Below are positions 19,207-28,980 of a stretch of 64,000 nt of DNA, one piece after another; position 1 is the first letter of the stretch; every line of letters begins with the position of its first letter. Both the position numbers and the translations under genes were made by a program. Where the stretch lies: NCBI GenBank assembly GCA_017451505.1, contig JAFTOF010000010.1, forward strand, positions 10,172 through 74,171. Direction: 5' to 3'. This DNA is from Clostridia bacterium. GTDB lineage: Bacteria; Bacillota; Clostridia; UMGS1883. The notes below the pieces were generated by a model. The model worked only from the letters and a program-made list of their open reading frames with translations, did no database searches and was not told where the DNA came from.

Positions 19207-21849
19207 ATGAGAAAACGTATTTTAAGTATCGCACTGGCAATTTCAATGATACTTCCGGCATATTCAGCCGGTGCAATATTCAAGGATTTTAAAAACGATG
19301 GAAATTTTCAAATTCCGCAAAATCCCCGTCAGATACCTGCCGATGTATATCACGAGCCCTATATGGACACAGTGAATACCACTGTGTATGCCCCCTGGCT
19401 TAAAAACTATCATATGATGAGTCAGGACGAATGGGATGCAGGTACCTACGGAGGCGAAGCCTGTCAGCAGGTTCGTCAGCTTGAAATATCGCCCGTAAAT
19501 CCGCAGATTATGTACTTCGGTACGGATACATCGGGAGTTTATAAAACTACCAACGGCGGTAAAAACTGGTACAATGTAACTGGACACGCTCCTGCTCACT
19601 GTACAAAAGGACTTTTGTGCGACCCCTTTGACGAAAATATTGTCTATGCAGGCTACCGTTCCGTGGGCTTCTTCAGAACGAAGGACGGCGGCAGAACATG
19701 GGAGTTTTTAATAAAGGACAGAGATACCTACAAGGTTAAGGATCGTGCCGATACAATTGCGTGCGACGGAGCAGGAAATGTGTTTATTGCCGCAGGCAGC
19801 GGTATTTACCGCATTGACAGAAAGACGGATGAGCTTGTGAACCTTTATCCCGATTTTAAAAATCTGGAGGGAACAAACGGAGCTACATGGTACGACCTTG
19901 ACGTATCTTCCGACGGGCAGATTATCTACGCCTGCTGTGTAGAGGACAAGAATACAGAGATTAAAAACGGAATCTATGCAAGCTACGACGGCGGTAAAAC
20001 ATGGGCAATAAAGGGAACGAATGATAAACAGGTATTCAGTCCCTATTCAATAGCACTTCACCCAGAAAATCCCAACGAAGTGTATGTAGGAACTTCTATA
20101 ACGGATCTTGAAACTAATAAGACAGGGCTTTTCGGTCTGTATCTTTCCAAGGACGGCTGTGAAACCTTCGAGCGTATTTACGAGCACGTATATGTGAACA
20201 GGGAGGAGGGCGTAGAACCCCACGCTACAAAATTCACCGCACTGCAGTTTGGCCCCAAAGATGAAAACGGTGTCTACAGGCTTTACTACGCAGGTATAAG
20301 TACAACCTATCCTCTGCACGAAAGCCGTGACTACGGAAAAACTTGGGAGCAGGTTTATAAAAAGAGTGACCGTATAGGTGAAAATACAATCCGTATGGAC
20401 TATACTACCGGAAAAACCTATACAGGCTGGCTTTATCAGGCGTTTGATGTTGATATGCACAACCCCGACAGGGTAGTATTTGGTGCCAGCGGTATTTATG
20501 AAAAGCTCGGCGACAAAATCACCCGTATAAGTGCAGGCTTTTCTGGCGTGGCAATAGTAGATGTTGCCCGTGACAGCACGGGGAAAGCATTTATGCCCGG
20601 TATGGACGTAGGTGCATATGTTACCAATGGGCCCTTTACCACAACCAATTTCCCCTCGGTGTACGAGCTTTCGGAAAAGTATTTCCAGAAGTATGCCAAG
20701 GCGACCTTTGACCCGAATGATGATAATCATGTTATTGCATATTACGGTCATGCCAACGGTGACCAGACCTATTACGGAATACGTCAGTCTTATGACGGAG
20801 GACTGACGATGGCACCAAAAAATGCCGATGCAGAGCTTGAAAGACCTGTTTACGGAAATGCCTTAGTGCTTCAGTATGACGATACAGATCCAAATACAAT
20901 CTATATGTCCTACCACAATAGTTATGACAACGGAAAAACCTGGGTGCGTAACCAGATTGACGGTGTGGATGCTTTCATATTGGACATCCACGATAGCAAG
21001 CCCAATGTTTTCCTCGGTATGACAGGCACGGGAGAGGATACAAAGCTTTATCTCAGTGAGGATAAGGGAAAGACATGGAAATATGCGTGCAGTCCGGGAT
21101 TTAACGATTTCATAGATGTATTCTTTGATGGAGGCGATGATTCCAGAGTATGGTACTCACGCGATGCGGATTTCGGAACGATAGACCTGAGCAGCGGTCA
21201 GCTTGATGCAATTTCCACGCTTTTAGGCTTTGAATATTTCGACCGCCTTGCACAAAATCCCGATAACCCCGACCATTTGCTTGTAAGCTCATCGCCCGGA
21301 ATAGGCAGTGTGTTCAACGATTTTAAAATTGCCGAAAGCCGTGACGGAGGTAAAAACTGGGTTGCAGTTCCCGGCTTCTGGTGCGGTGACTTCCACAAAA
21401 TACTGTTCAATAAGGGCAGTACGCAGGTTTATATAACCTCCCACGCAGGAACGTTTATTTATGATTTTGCCGAGTTTCATAAATATATGGACAGCAAAAT
21501 CAAAATTAAGCTCAACGGAAAGGAAGTAACCTATTCCGAACAGCCCAAAATAGTAAACGGCAGAACTATGGTTCCCATGCGTGAGCTTTTTGAACAGCTC
21601 GGTGCCACAGTGAATTACAATGACGAAACACGCCTTATCACCGCAAGCAAGGACGGAATATATATTTCCCTCACTCCGGGAAATGAAATTGCCACGGTAA
21701 ACGGAAAAGAGCATAAGCTTGACAGTCCGGCATTTATTACCGAAAAGGGCAGAACTATGGTGCCTATCCGCTTTATTGCAGAAAGCCTTAACGTGGGCGT
21801 AGGCTGGAGTGAAAAAACACGCAGTGTACTTATTAAATCAGCTAATTAA
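19207..21849 (+). CDS. secreted BNR/Asp-box repeat protein (propeller-type) with a C-terminal copper-amine-oxidase-N-like domain
   Basis: Signal peptide present. At least seven SxDxGxTW-type Asp boxes: TTNGGKNW, TKDGGRTW, SYDGGKTW, SRDYGKTW, SYDNGKTW, SEDKGKTW, SRDGGKNW. The C-terminus reads IKLNGKEVTY..IVNGRTMVPMRELFEQLGATV...GRTMVPIRFIAESLNVGVGW. Confidence 0.85.
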   Translation: MRKRILSIALAISMILPAYSAGAIFKDFKNDGNFQIPQNPRQIPADVYHEPYMDTVNTTVYAPWLKNYHMMSQDEWDAGTYGGEACQQVRQLEISPVNPQIMYFGTDTSGVYKTTNGGKNWYNVTGHAPAHCTKGLLCDPFDENIVYAGYRSVGFFRTKDGGRTWEFLIKDRDTYKVKDRADTIACDGAGNVFIAAGSGIYRIDRKTDELVNLYPDFKNLEGTNGATWYDLDVSSDGQIIYACCVEDKNTEIKNGIYASYDGGKTWAIKGTNDKQVFSPYSIALHPENPNEVYVGTSITDLETNKTGLFGLYLSKDGCETFERIYEHVYVNREEGVEPHATKFTALQFGPKDENGVYRLYYAGISTTYPLHESRDYGKTWEQVYKKSDRIGENTIRMDYTTGKTYTGWLYQAFDVDMHNPDRVVFGASGIYEKLGDKITRISAGFSGVAIVDVARDSTGKAFMPGMDVGAYVTNGPFTTTNFPSVYELSEKYFQKYAKATFDPNDDNHVIAYYGHANGDQTYYGIRQSYDGGLTMAPKNADAELERPVYGNALVLQYDDTDPNTIYMSYHNSYDNGKTWVRNQIDGVDAFILDIHDSKPNVFLGMTGTGEDTKLYLSEDKGKTWKYACSPGFNDFIDVFFDGGDDSRVWYSRDADFGTIDLSSGQLDAISTLLGFEYFDRLAQNPDNPDHLLVSSSPGIGSVFNDFKIAESRDGGKNWVAVPGFWCGDFHKILFNKGSTQVYITSHAGTFIYDFAEFHKYMDSKIKIKLNGKEVTYSEQPKIVNGRTMVPMRELFEQLGATVNYNDETRLITASKDGIYISLTPGNEIATVNGKEHKLDSPAFITEKGRTMVPIRFIAESLNVGVGWSEKTRSVLIKSAN

Positions 21850-21859
21850 GGAAGATAAT

Positions 21860-22714
21860 ATGACAGACAGACATAATTGGAAATTAGGTGCTTCCACATG
21901 TATTCTTCGTGGGGCAGACAATCATACGGACGAGGGCTTTGCAAGCTACAAGGACGCAGGGATTAAATATGCGGAATTCACTGTGCCCGTGTGGGACGGG
22001 AGCTTTGAAAAACTGGATTTTTACGACAATCCTGAAAAGCTTTTTGAAACTGCAAAACGGCACGATGTGGAATTCGCCACGTTTCACGCCCCCTTTTCCC
22101 GTGATGTGAGCTTGTCCCACCCCGACGAAAATGTCAGGGTGGAAGCGATAAAACTTATTAAAAAAACCATTGCTTCCGCAATTAAAATAGGGATAAAAAC
22201 TATTGTACTGCACCCTTCCGCAGGGTGGAGCGAAACGTATTCCGACCGAGAAGCATATATCCGCCAATCTATTGAGCATGTTCGTGATATAAACGACTAT
22301 TGCCAAAGCCTTGGCGGAGTAATCGCACTTGAAAATATGACGGAGGACGCTATGTGCGGCTGCAGCAGCGAAATGATTCGGTTCTTAGAAGAAATCCCCA
22401 CATTGGCAGTATGCTTTGATGCAAACCACTGCACTGTGGCACGCAGCGAGGAATATCTTGCAGACCTTTTTAATGCGGGAATGAAAGGCAGAATAAAAGC
22501 CGTACATATTTCCGACTATGACCTTGATATTGAAGCACATCGCCTTCCGGGTGATGGCAAAAATAATTGGAACAAAATACTGAGTATGCTGGAAAAGCTT
22601 GAATTTGACGGAGTTTTCATGTACGAGGTATCAAAACCCAACGACAGGGAAAACGCCTACACACCGCAAGATGTAAAGCATAATTTCAGCTTGCTGATGA
22701 ACGGAAAAATTTAA
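21860..22714 (+). CDS. sugar phosphate isomerase/epimerase (xylose-isomerase-like TIM barrel family)
   Basis: Family-like pattern (ATFHAPF...VLHPS...ALENM...HISD) that includes candidate metal-ligand positions. The ATG at 21860 lies downstream of AAGGAAG. The longer track ORF overlaps the preceding gene. Confidence 0.75.
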   Translation: MTDRHNWKLGASTCILRGADNHTDEGFASYKDAGIKYAEFTVPVWDGSFEKLDFYDNPEKLFETAKRHDVEFATFHAPFSRDVSLSHPDENVRVEAIKLIKKTIASAIKIGIKTIVLHPSAGWSETYSDREAYIRQSIEHVRDINDYCQSLGGVIALENMTEDAMCGCSSEMIRFLEEIPTLAVCFDANHCTVARSEEYLADLFNAGMKGRIKAVHISDYDLDIEAHRLPGDGKNNWNKILSMLEKLEFDGVFMYEVSKPNDRENAYTPQDVKHNFSLLMNGKI

Positions 22715-22764
22715 AACAAAAATTAATTAAATTAAATTACAAAATACAAATTTATTTTGAAAGG

Positions 22765-24912
22765 ATGAAAAAAATGGCAAAGAAACTTTTATCACTTAGC
22801 CTGGTATTTGTGATGCTTTCTGTAGCAACATTAGCTGCACCCGGTTCTTCCATGGATCTTTTCAGAAGCTACACAGCACAGGCACAGGACACTTTTTCCT
22901 ATGCAGGTGAAGAAATTCAGTTCTTCACGGAAACAGTAGGCACAGCCTCTGCAAAGCATGAAGCTGTTGACTCTCTTCCTGCATGGGACGGAGAAACAAA
23001 AACTGCAATTACAAAGGGTAGCGGTACAGAAGCAGCACCTTACGAAATTGCAACAGCTGCAGAGCTTGCATGGTTTGCAGAGCAGTGTAACACTGTAAAT
23101 CCTGCACTTCACGCAAAGCTTGTACGCGACATTAACATGGCACAGGCAGATGGTACAAAGAACAACTGGGCAACCTTTTCCTTTGGTGTGGCAAATGGGG
23201 CCTCAGTACCTACAAAGCCTTTTGCAGGCGTTCTGGACGGACAGGGACACAATATATATAATTACTCATGGACCGGAACTGCCGGTGGAGCTACCAATCT
23301 CTACTATAGCGGTATGTTTAAGAGCATAGACGGCGGTATCGTAAAGAACCTTAATTTGATTGATGTCGCTGTAGTTCTTTCTGCGTATAATAATGGTTGC
23401 GGTTATGGTTCTGTATTATGCGGATACTTAGCTGGGGCTGATTCTTTGATTGAAAACGTATACATTTCGGGTAATGTTAGCGTAATGCAGAGTAGCAGTT
23501 CCGTATGTGCATTTATAAAAACCTATGGAGGTATCGTAGGATATCTGTATACAGGAACTGTAAAAGACTGTTATAGTGATGTAAACGTTAATCTTACTTC
23601 AAAAAGCAGTAAGGTAAATGATTATATGAAGCCGGAACATACGGACGATTATGACACCTCAAGTATTTCTTTTATCGGCGTTGGTGGAATTGTGGGATTT
23701 ACGTATCATAAAGGAACGGTTACTGTGGAAAACTGCGGTAATGGAGGAGATATTTTTGCTCCCTTTAATCGTCGCGTAGGCGGTGTTGTAGGAGCTATTA
23801 AACGCTGTCATGGTGCAAATTATCAGAATTATTATAATCTCTGGAACAGCGGTAATATCACAGGATACGGAGATGTTGCAGGCGTTTGCGGATGGATGAA
23901 GAGCGATCAAACTCTCAATACAAACTTGTATAATACGGGTGACATCACAGCTGTTTCCCCGATAGATACATATGCAAGCGGTATTGCAAACCATGGTACT
24001 ACCGCGAAGTCAAGAAAAGCCTACAGCACAGGTAATGTATATCTTAAAAATACAGGTGTTGTAGTTGGAACTAATCAATATGATTTTGGCGATGTAGACG
24101 GTGGCTTTAATGACAAAATGGCACTTCTCTATGCTAATGATGCTGCAAAGACAGTTACATCTACTGCAAATGTATACCCCACAGGTGCTGATTTCATGGT
24201 AGATGAAACTACTCCCAAGTGGGCAATCAGCTATGCAGGCACAGATGCAACAAGAGTAACTGATTCTCTCGGCACAGGCTTAGCTCCCGGGGCTATGGAA
24301 GGCAGTGCAATACTTTCTACATTAGGCGAAGGCTTTGTGGCAGACTTCGGTATCAACGGTAATCTTCCCATCCTCGCAACAAGAAAGAGTGCCCTTGTAC
24401 TTAACGATAGCACTTACGAGCTTTCTGAAAACAAGTCTATCACAGTTAAGCTTGCAAACAGCGGCTATGCTGCACTTAACGTAGCAAATATCATCGAGGG
24501 TGCTACCCTTGTTGTTACTCCCAAAAATGGCAGTGCATATAACCTTGATGTAGCAAAGACAGGTATCATCACACTTGATACAAAGGGTGCAGACGAGGTA
24601 ACTGTGTCTGCTGCAAGCGGCGGCCGTGTTCTTGTAACCGAGCCTGCAAGCCTTGCTATAGCAAGCATTGATTCAGCAGCTATCAAGGCATCATTTGCAA
24701 GGGAAGACAGTGCTACAATTATCCTTGCTCTCTTTGACGGCGAAGCTCTTGAAAAAGTGGCATATGCAGCTGATGTACAGGTTGCAGACGGAAAAATTTC
24801 CGCTGTAATCGACCTTACAGGCATAGAGGTTGCAGATTGTAAGCTTCGTGCATATGTATGGGAAAATGGTACACTTGCTCCCGTAAATGCAGAGGTAGAA
24901 GTGCTTCAGTAA
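22765..24912 (+). CDS. secreted GLUG-like beta-helix protein (715 aa)
   Basis: Signal peptide present. APYEIATAAELAWFAEQ...AKLVRDINM...FAGVLDGQGHNIYNYSW...GGIVKNLNL is colinear with the C-terminal module of the 1689-aa protein. An alternative start at 22774 has better SD spacing. Confidence 0.8.
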   Translation: MKKMAKKLLSLSLVFVMLSVATLAAPGSSMDLFRSYTAQAQDTFSYAGEEIQFFTETVGTASAKHEAVDSLPAWDGETKTAITKGSGTEAAPYEIATAAELAWFAEQCNTVNPALHAKLVRDINMAQADGTKNNWATFSFGVANGASVPTKPFAGVLDGQGHNIYNYSWTGTAGGATNLYYSGMFKSIDGGIVKNLNLIDVAVVLSAYNNGCGYGSVLCGYLAGADSLIENVYISGNVSVMQSSSSVCAFIKTYGGIVGYLYTGTVKDCYSDVNVNLTSKSSKVNDYMKPEHTDDYDTSSISFIGVGGIVGFTYHKGTVTVENCGNGGDIFAPFNRRVGGVVGAIKRCHGANYQNYYNLWNSGNITGYGDVAGVCGWMKSDQTLNTNLYNTGDITAVSPIDTYASGIANHGTTAKSRKAYSTGNVYLKNTGVVVGTNQYDFGDVDGGFNDKMALLYANDAAKTVTSTANVYPTGADFMVDETTPKWAISYAGTDATRVTDSLGTGLAPGAMEGSAILSTLGEGFVADFGINGNLPILATRKSALVLNDSTYELSENKSITVKLANSGYAALNVANIIEGATLVVTPKNGSAYNLDVAKTGIITLDTKGADEVTVSAASGGRVLVTEPASLAIASIDSAAIKASFAREDSATIILALFDGEALEKVAYAADVQVADGKISAVIDLTGIEVADCKLRAYVWENGTLAPVNAEVEVLQ

Positions 24913-25037
24913 AAGGACTCTACAACATTTTTTCATATGGGCGGCGGAGGCACACTCCGCCGTTCTTCCAAAGGGTATATTGGGCGATGTACCCTTTGGA
25001 AGAACGGCAAAATAATAAAGACAGGAGAGATGACAAT

Positions 25038-27578
25038 ATGAAAAAACGTTTAGCATCAATTATCCTCGCACTAACATTTCTTTTGCCAATAAATGCGGGT
25101 GCTTTTGAAGCGTGGGATTCTCCACGCTATATCCCGGCAGATGAATATAAAACTCCGTGGACAGAGGCGGAAAATCCATTTGTGACTTACTATGCTCCAT
25201 GGCTTAAAAACTTTCATATTATGACTGCATCGGAAGCAGAGAATAACAAAGCATCGGGATTGGTTGGCGGCGAAGCATTTCAGATGGTTCGTCAGCTTGC
25301 AATTTCGCCTGTTAATTCTGATATAATGTATTTATGCAGTGATACAAACGGAATTTATAAAACCACAAATGGCGGCAAGCATTGGTACAGCACAACCAAC
25401 AACGCCGCAGGTCACGATGCAAAAGGACTTTTATGCGATAATCAGGACGAAAAAATCGTCTATGTACATATGCGTGGAGTAGGAGTTCACAGAAGCTGTG
25501 ACGGTGGCTATAGCTGGCATCAGCTTATAGTCGACACAGACTCTGTACAGGACGTGGGAAAACGCAGTGAAACCATAGCTCAGGACGAAAGCGGAAATAC
25601 ATATTTTGCCGTTGGTAGCGGTATATATAAGCTTGAAAGAACCACCGATAAGCTGACAAACTTAACGGCAGAAAAATACCCCGCCCTTGCCTCGCTTACG
25701 GGTGGTAACGGGGCGGAATTCCTTGATTTAGACGTATCAGCCGACGGAAAATATATCTACGCTTGTTGTGCCCTTACACAGGAGGGAACAGGTGTTGACA
25801 GCGGACTCTATGTATCTTCCGACAGCGGAAAAACATGGAAAATAATAAAAACGGACAGCGGATACACAGACTTCAGAACTTTGGCGATATCCCCGGAAAA
25901 TCCTCAGGTAATATACACGGGGGTGCATACATATGACACGAACACGCAGAAGTCGGGTGAGTACTGTCTTTATGTCAGCCGCAATATGGGAGAAAGCTTT
26001 ACTAAACTATACAGACCACAGGATCTTTCAGGTATCAATATTAAATTCTACGGGCTTAAATTCGGGCCAAAAAACGCATGGGCAAAATACCCCCTTTATC
26101 TTCATCTTGAGGGCACAGTATGGCCCCTTCGTGTAAGCTATAATTATACAGATTCATCACCCTCTTTTTTGGAGGTATATACCCGTGACGATAAAATGGA
26201 TACGGGAACGATTCGCGAGGGATACACAGGGTTGTATTATCAGGCTTTTCAGCCCGATATGAGTACTAAGGGAAGTAATAATGTCCGTGTTGTATACGCC
26301 GCATCAGGTATATATGAATACACGGGAGAGTACAAGTTTTATAAAAACACATGTGCCACAAAAATCATTAAGCGTATTTCCTCCGGCTACAGCGGTGCAA
26401 GTATAGAAGATATAGCATTCAACAGCAAAAATAATATGTGTGCACTTGTGGTGGATTCACGTACATTTGTGGATGACGCCAAAAACGTATATGGTAAAGA
26501 CGCATATCCTACCTTTACGGGAGAGGAAGCAGCAGAAAAGCTTTATGGTGTCCGCGGAGTGTTTGACCCCAATAACGATGATAATTTTTACGCATATGTG
26601 GGTTATTCCAACGGTAGCGGAACATACAGCGGTATCAGGAAATCAACAGACGGCGGAAAGACCTTTGGAGATATTATTGAAAGCACAAAAATCTACACCA
26701 AAAAACAGAGCGATGCTTCCGTTTCATGGACGGAATTTGGAAATGCACAGGTTCTTTGCTATGCCAATGATAATAGAACAATTTACAGCTCCTATCACCA
26801 AAGCCCCGACAATGGTTCCACATGGGTTAAAAACGAATACTTTCTGCTGGATGTTTTCCCCGAAAATACGGATATTCAGGTAGGAATAAAAAAGGAAAAC
26901 GGAAAGCTGTGCCTGTATAAAACGGACAATGCAGGGGAAAGCTGGAGCTTTGTCACGGATTACTTTAACGCAGACAGTAATTTTTCAGATGTTGATTTTG
27001 ACCTTGGAGACAGTAATTTTGTATGGTTTATCTATGGTGACAAAACTTTAGGCAAAATTAATCTCTCCACAGGCGAAATTATTGATTTTACCGATAAAGC
27101 ACCATTTAGTGCCTACAGGGCATTTTCAGATGTAGAGGTTAATCCCAAGGATTCTGACCATATTTTAGTTACAAGCTCCCCCGGTACATATATCGCAACG
27201 ATGAAAGACGACTACAAGCTGGCGGAAAGCTACGACGGCGGAAATACATGGCACGTTGTGCCCGGATTGTGGGGAGGACTGTTTAACAATATCATTTTCT
27301 CCAAAACTACTGAAGAAGCCTTTATTACAGGTCACAGCGGAACGTTTATTTACGATTACAACAAGTTTAACTATTATCAGAGGGTTAATCTTATTCATAA
27401 CAATAATATCATTAAAACAACCCTACAGCGTGTTAATGAAGACGGCAAGCATAGAAATAACGGAGAATATGTTATTTCACCAAGCGACATTTTCAGCCAC
27501 GCAGAAGATATATTTAACGGCTGGATATATAATGGTACGCTCTATAAAAAAGACGACCTTATAACAATCGGAAAGTAA
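25038..27578 (+). CDS. secreted BNR/Asp-box repeat protein, paralog of 19207-21849, with a different C-terminal tail
   Basis: Starts MKKRLASIILALTFLLPINAGA after GGAGAG. Shares YAPWLKNFHIM, VRQLAISPVN, IYKTTNGGKHW, KGLLCD and further Asp boxes with the first BNR protein. The tail ends FNGWIYNGTLYKKDDLITIGK. The track ORF start at 24858 lies inside the previous gene. Confidence 0.85.
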   Translation: MKKRLASIILALTFLLPINAGAFEAWDSPRYIPADEYKTPWTEAENPFVTYYAPWLKNFHIMTASEAENNKASGLVGGEAFQMVRQLAISPVNSDIMYLCSDTNGIYKTTNGGKHWYSTTNNAAGHDAKGLLCDNQDEKIVYVHMRGVGVHRSCDGGYSWHQLIVDTDSVQDVGKRSETIAQDESGNTYFAVGSGIYKLERTTDKLTNLTAEKYPALASLTGGNGAEFLDLDVSADGKYIYACCALTQEGTGVDSGLYVSSDSGKTWKIIKTDSGYTDFRTLAISPENPQVIYTGVHTYDTNTQKSGEYCLYVSRNMGESFTKLYRPQDLSGINIKFYGLKFGPKNAWAKYPLYLHLEGTVWPLRVSYNYTDSSPSFLEVYTRDDKMDTGTIREGYTGLYYQAFQPDMSTKGSNNVRVVYAASGIYEYTGEYKFYKNTCATKIIKRISSGYSGASIEDIAFNSKNNMCALVVDSRTFVDDAKNVYGKDAYPTFTGEEAAEKLYGVRGVFDPNNDDNFYAYVGYSNGSGTYSGIRKSTDGGKTFGDIIESTKIYTKKQSDASVSWTEFGNAQVLCYANDNRTIYSSYHQSPDNGSTWVKNEYFLLDVFPENTDIQVGIKKENGKLCLYKTDNAGESWSFVTDYFNADSNFSDVDFDLGDSNFVWFIYGDKTLGKINLSTGEIIDFTDKAPFSAYRAFSDVEVNPKDSDHILVTSSPGTYIATMKDDYKLAESYDGGNTWHVVPGLWGGLFNNIIFSKTTEEAFITGHSGTFIYDYNKFNYYQRVNLIHNNNIIKTTLQRVNEDGKHRNNGEYVISPSDIFSHAEDIFNGWIYNGTLYKKDDLITIGK

Positions 27579-27650
27579 CAAGGTTTCACAAAGCTGTCGC
27601 AGGCGGGAGGTGTTCTTGCCTGCGATAATTTATTGCAAAGGAAGATATCT

Positions 27651-28496
27651 ATGGAAAAAATTAAAAAAATATTTATTGATTATTTTTGTGTTGCACTGGG
27701 ATCATTCATCCTGGCATTTGCAACGACGTACTTTTTAATGCCGTGTAAGATCTCGACAGGCGGTGTAGGCGGTGTAGCTACCATTCTTTATTATACGGCA
27801 AATATTCCCCCTGCATTGCCCACATTTATAATAAACGCAGTACTCTTTTTCTTTGGCTACAAAACACTGCAAAAAAGCTCAATATTTAAAACGATAGTTG
27901 GAATTGTTTCTTATTCGGCTTTTCTGGAAGTTACTCCGTTATTCGGTTTTTATGACAAGGATATTCTCATTTGCTCAATATTTGGTGGTATACTTGTAGG
28001 CGTAGGTGTAGGACTTGCCGTTTATAAAGAAGCCTCAACAGGGGGCAGTGATTTTGCGGCATTGATTATAAATAAGATAATTCCTTATATTCCGATTGCA
28101 CTGCTTATATTAATTATAGACTCAAGTGTAATAGTTACGTCGGGTTTTATGCTTCATGATTATACAATAATGTTTTATTCGGTAATATCGCTATATATCA
28201 GCAGTAAGATCACCGACTGGATTTTAGTGCGTGGAGATTACGCAAAGACAGTATATATAATTTCTCAAAAAAGCAAGGCTTTGGCAAGTGAAATAATGAG
28301 TGATATGAATCGTGGCGTAACAGGAATATACAGTCACGGATGCTATAGCGAAAAGGATAATATGATGCTGATGTGTGTAGTGAAAAACAAGGAAATCCCC
28401 GGACTTCTCAGTAAAGTGAAAAAATTTGATAAAAGTGCCTTTACAATTATCTCCGAAGCCAGAGAAGTCCGTGGTGAGGGATTTAAAGATATATAA
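27651..28496 (+). CDS. YitT family membrane protein (DUF2179 C-terminal domain)
   Basis: GGVGGVATILYY-type YitT membrane repeats plus a soluble C-terminal domain. The ATG at 27651 follows AAGGAAG. Confidence 0.75.
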   Translation: MEKIKKIFIDYFCVALGSFILAFATTYFLMPCKISTGGVGGVATILYYTANIPPALPTFIINAVLFFFGYKTLQKSSIFKTIVGIVSYSAFLEVTPLFGFYDKDILICSIFGGILVGVGVGLAVYKEASTGGSDFAALIINKIIPYIPIALLILIIDSSVIVTSGFMLHDYTIMFYSVISLYISSKITDWILVRGDYAKTVYIISQKSKALASEIMSDMNRGVTGIYSHGCYSEKDNMMLMCVVKNKEIPGLLSKVKKFDKSAFTIISEAREVRGEGFKDI

Positions 28497-28508
28497 CAGC
28501 AATAAAAG

Positions 28509-28531
28509 AAACGTCCCGAGGACGTTTTTTT
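28509..28531 (+). terminator. intrinsic terminator after the YitT gene
   Basis: AACGTCC-CGA-GGACGTT followed by a T run. Confidence 0.7.
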
Positions 28532-28567
28532 ATTGCTGTTAATAGGATTAATTCTCGTCAAATACAC

Positions 28568-28602
28568 AAACAAAACAAGGGTATGTACTAAGTACATACC
28601 CT
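28568..28602 (-). terminator. intrinsic terminator of rpsT
   Basis: GGGTATGTACT / AGTACATACCC stem, followed on the minus strand by TTGTTTTG. Confidence 0.6.
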
Positions 28603-28622
28603 GATTTTAAGCAATCAAAAAC

Positions 28623-28886
28623 TTACGCGATAGCACCGAGTGCCTTAGCGAGCTGGCTCTTCTTGCGGCTAACAGTGTTTTTCTTGTAAACACCCTTAGC
28701 TACAGCCTGGTCAAGCTTCTTAGCACAAAGATTGTAAAGCTCCTGAGCGGCAGCCTTATTTCCTTCGCTAACAGCTGCTTCAAACTTCTTAAGCTCTGTC
28801 TTGATAGCTGATTTAACCATACGATTTTCAAGAGTTTTCTTGTCGATAACGAGAACTCTCTTCTTAGCTGATTTAATGTTAGGCAT
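28623..28886 (-). CDS. rpsT: 30S ribosomal protein S20
   Basis: MPNIKSAKKRV... is the canonical S20 N-terminus; 87 aa. Confidence 0.95.
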   Translation of the reverse strand: MPNIKSAKKRVLVIDKKTLENRMVKSAIKTELKKFEAAVSEGNKAAAQELYNLCAKKLDQAVAKGVYKKNTVSRKKSQLAKALGAIA

Positions 28887-28980
28887 TATATTTTCACCTC
28901 CAACACATTATGGAACAAAATGCATTATAGCATATATAATTCCAAAATGCAAGGTTTTTTTGATAAAATATTTGAAATTT

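Noticed and set aside
24858-25037. N-terminal 60-aa extension of the second BNR ORF
   Set aside because: The extension overlaps the 3' end of the preceding gene and the intergenic hairpins. A signal peptide with an SD starts at 25038.
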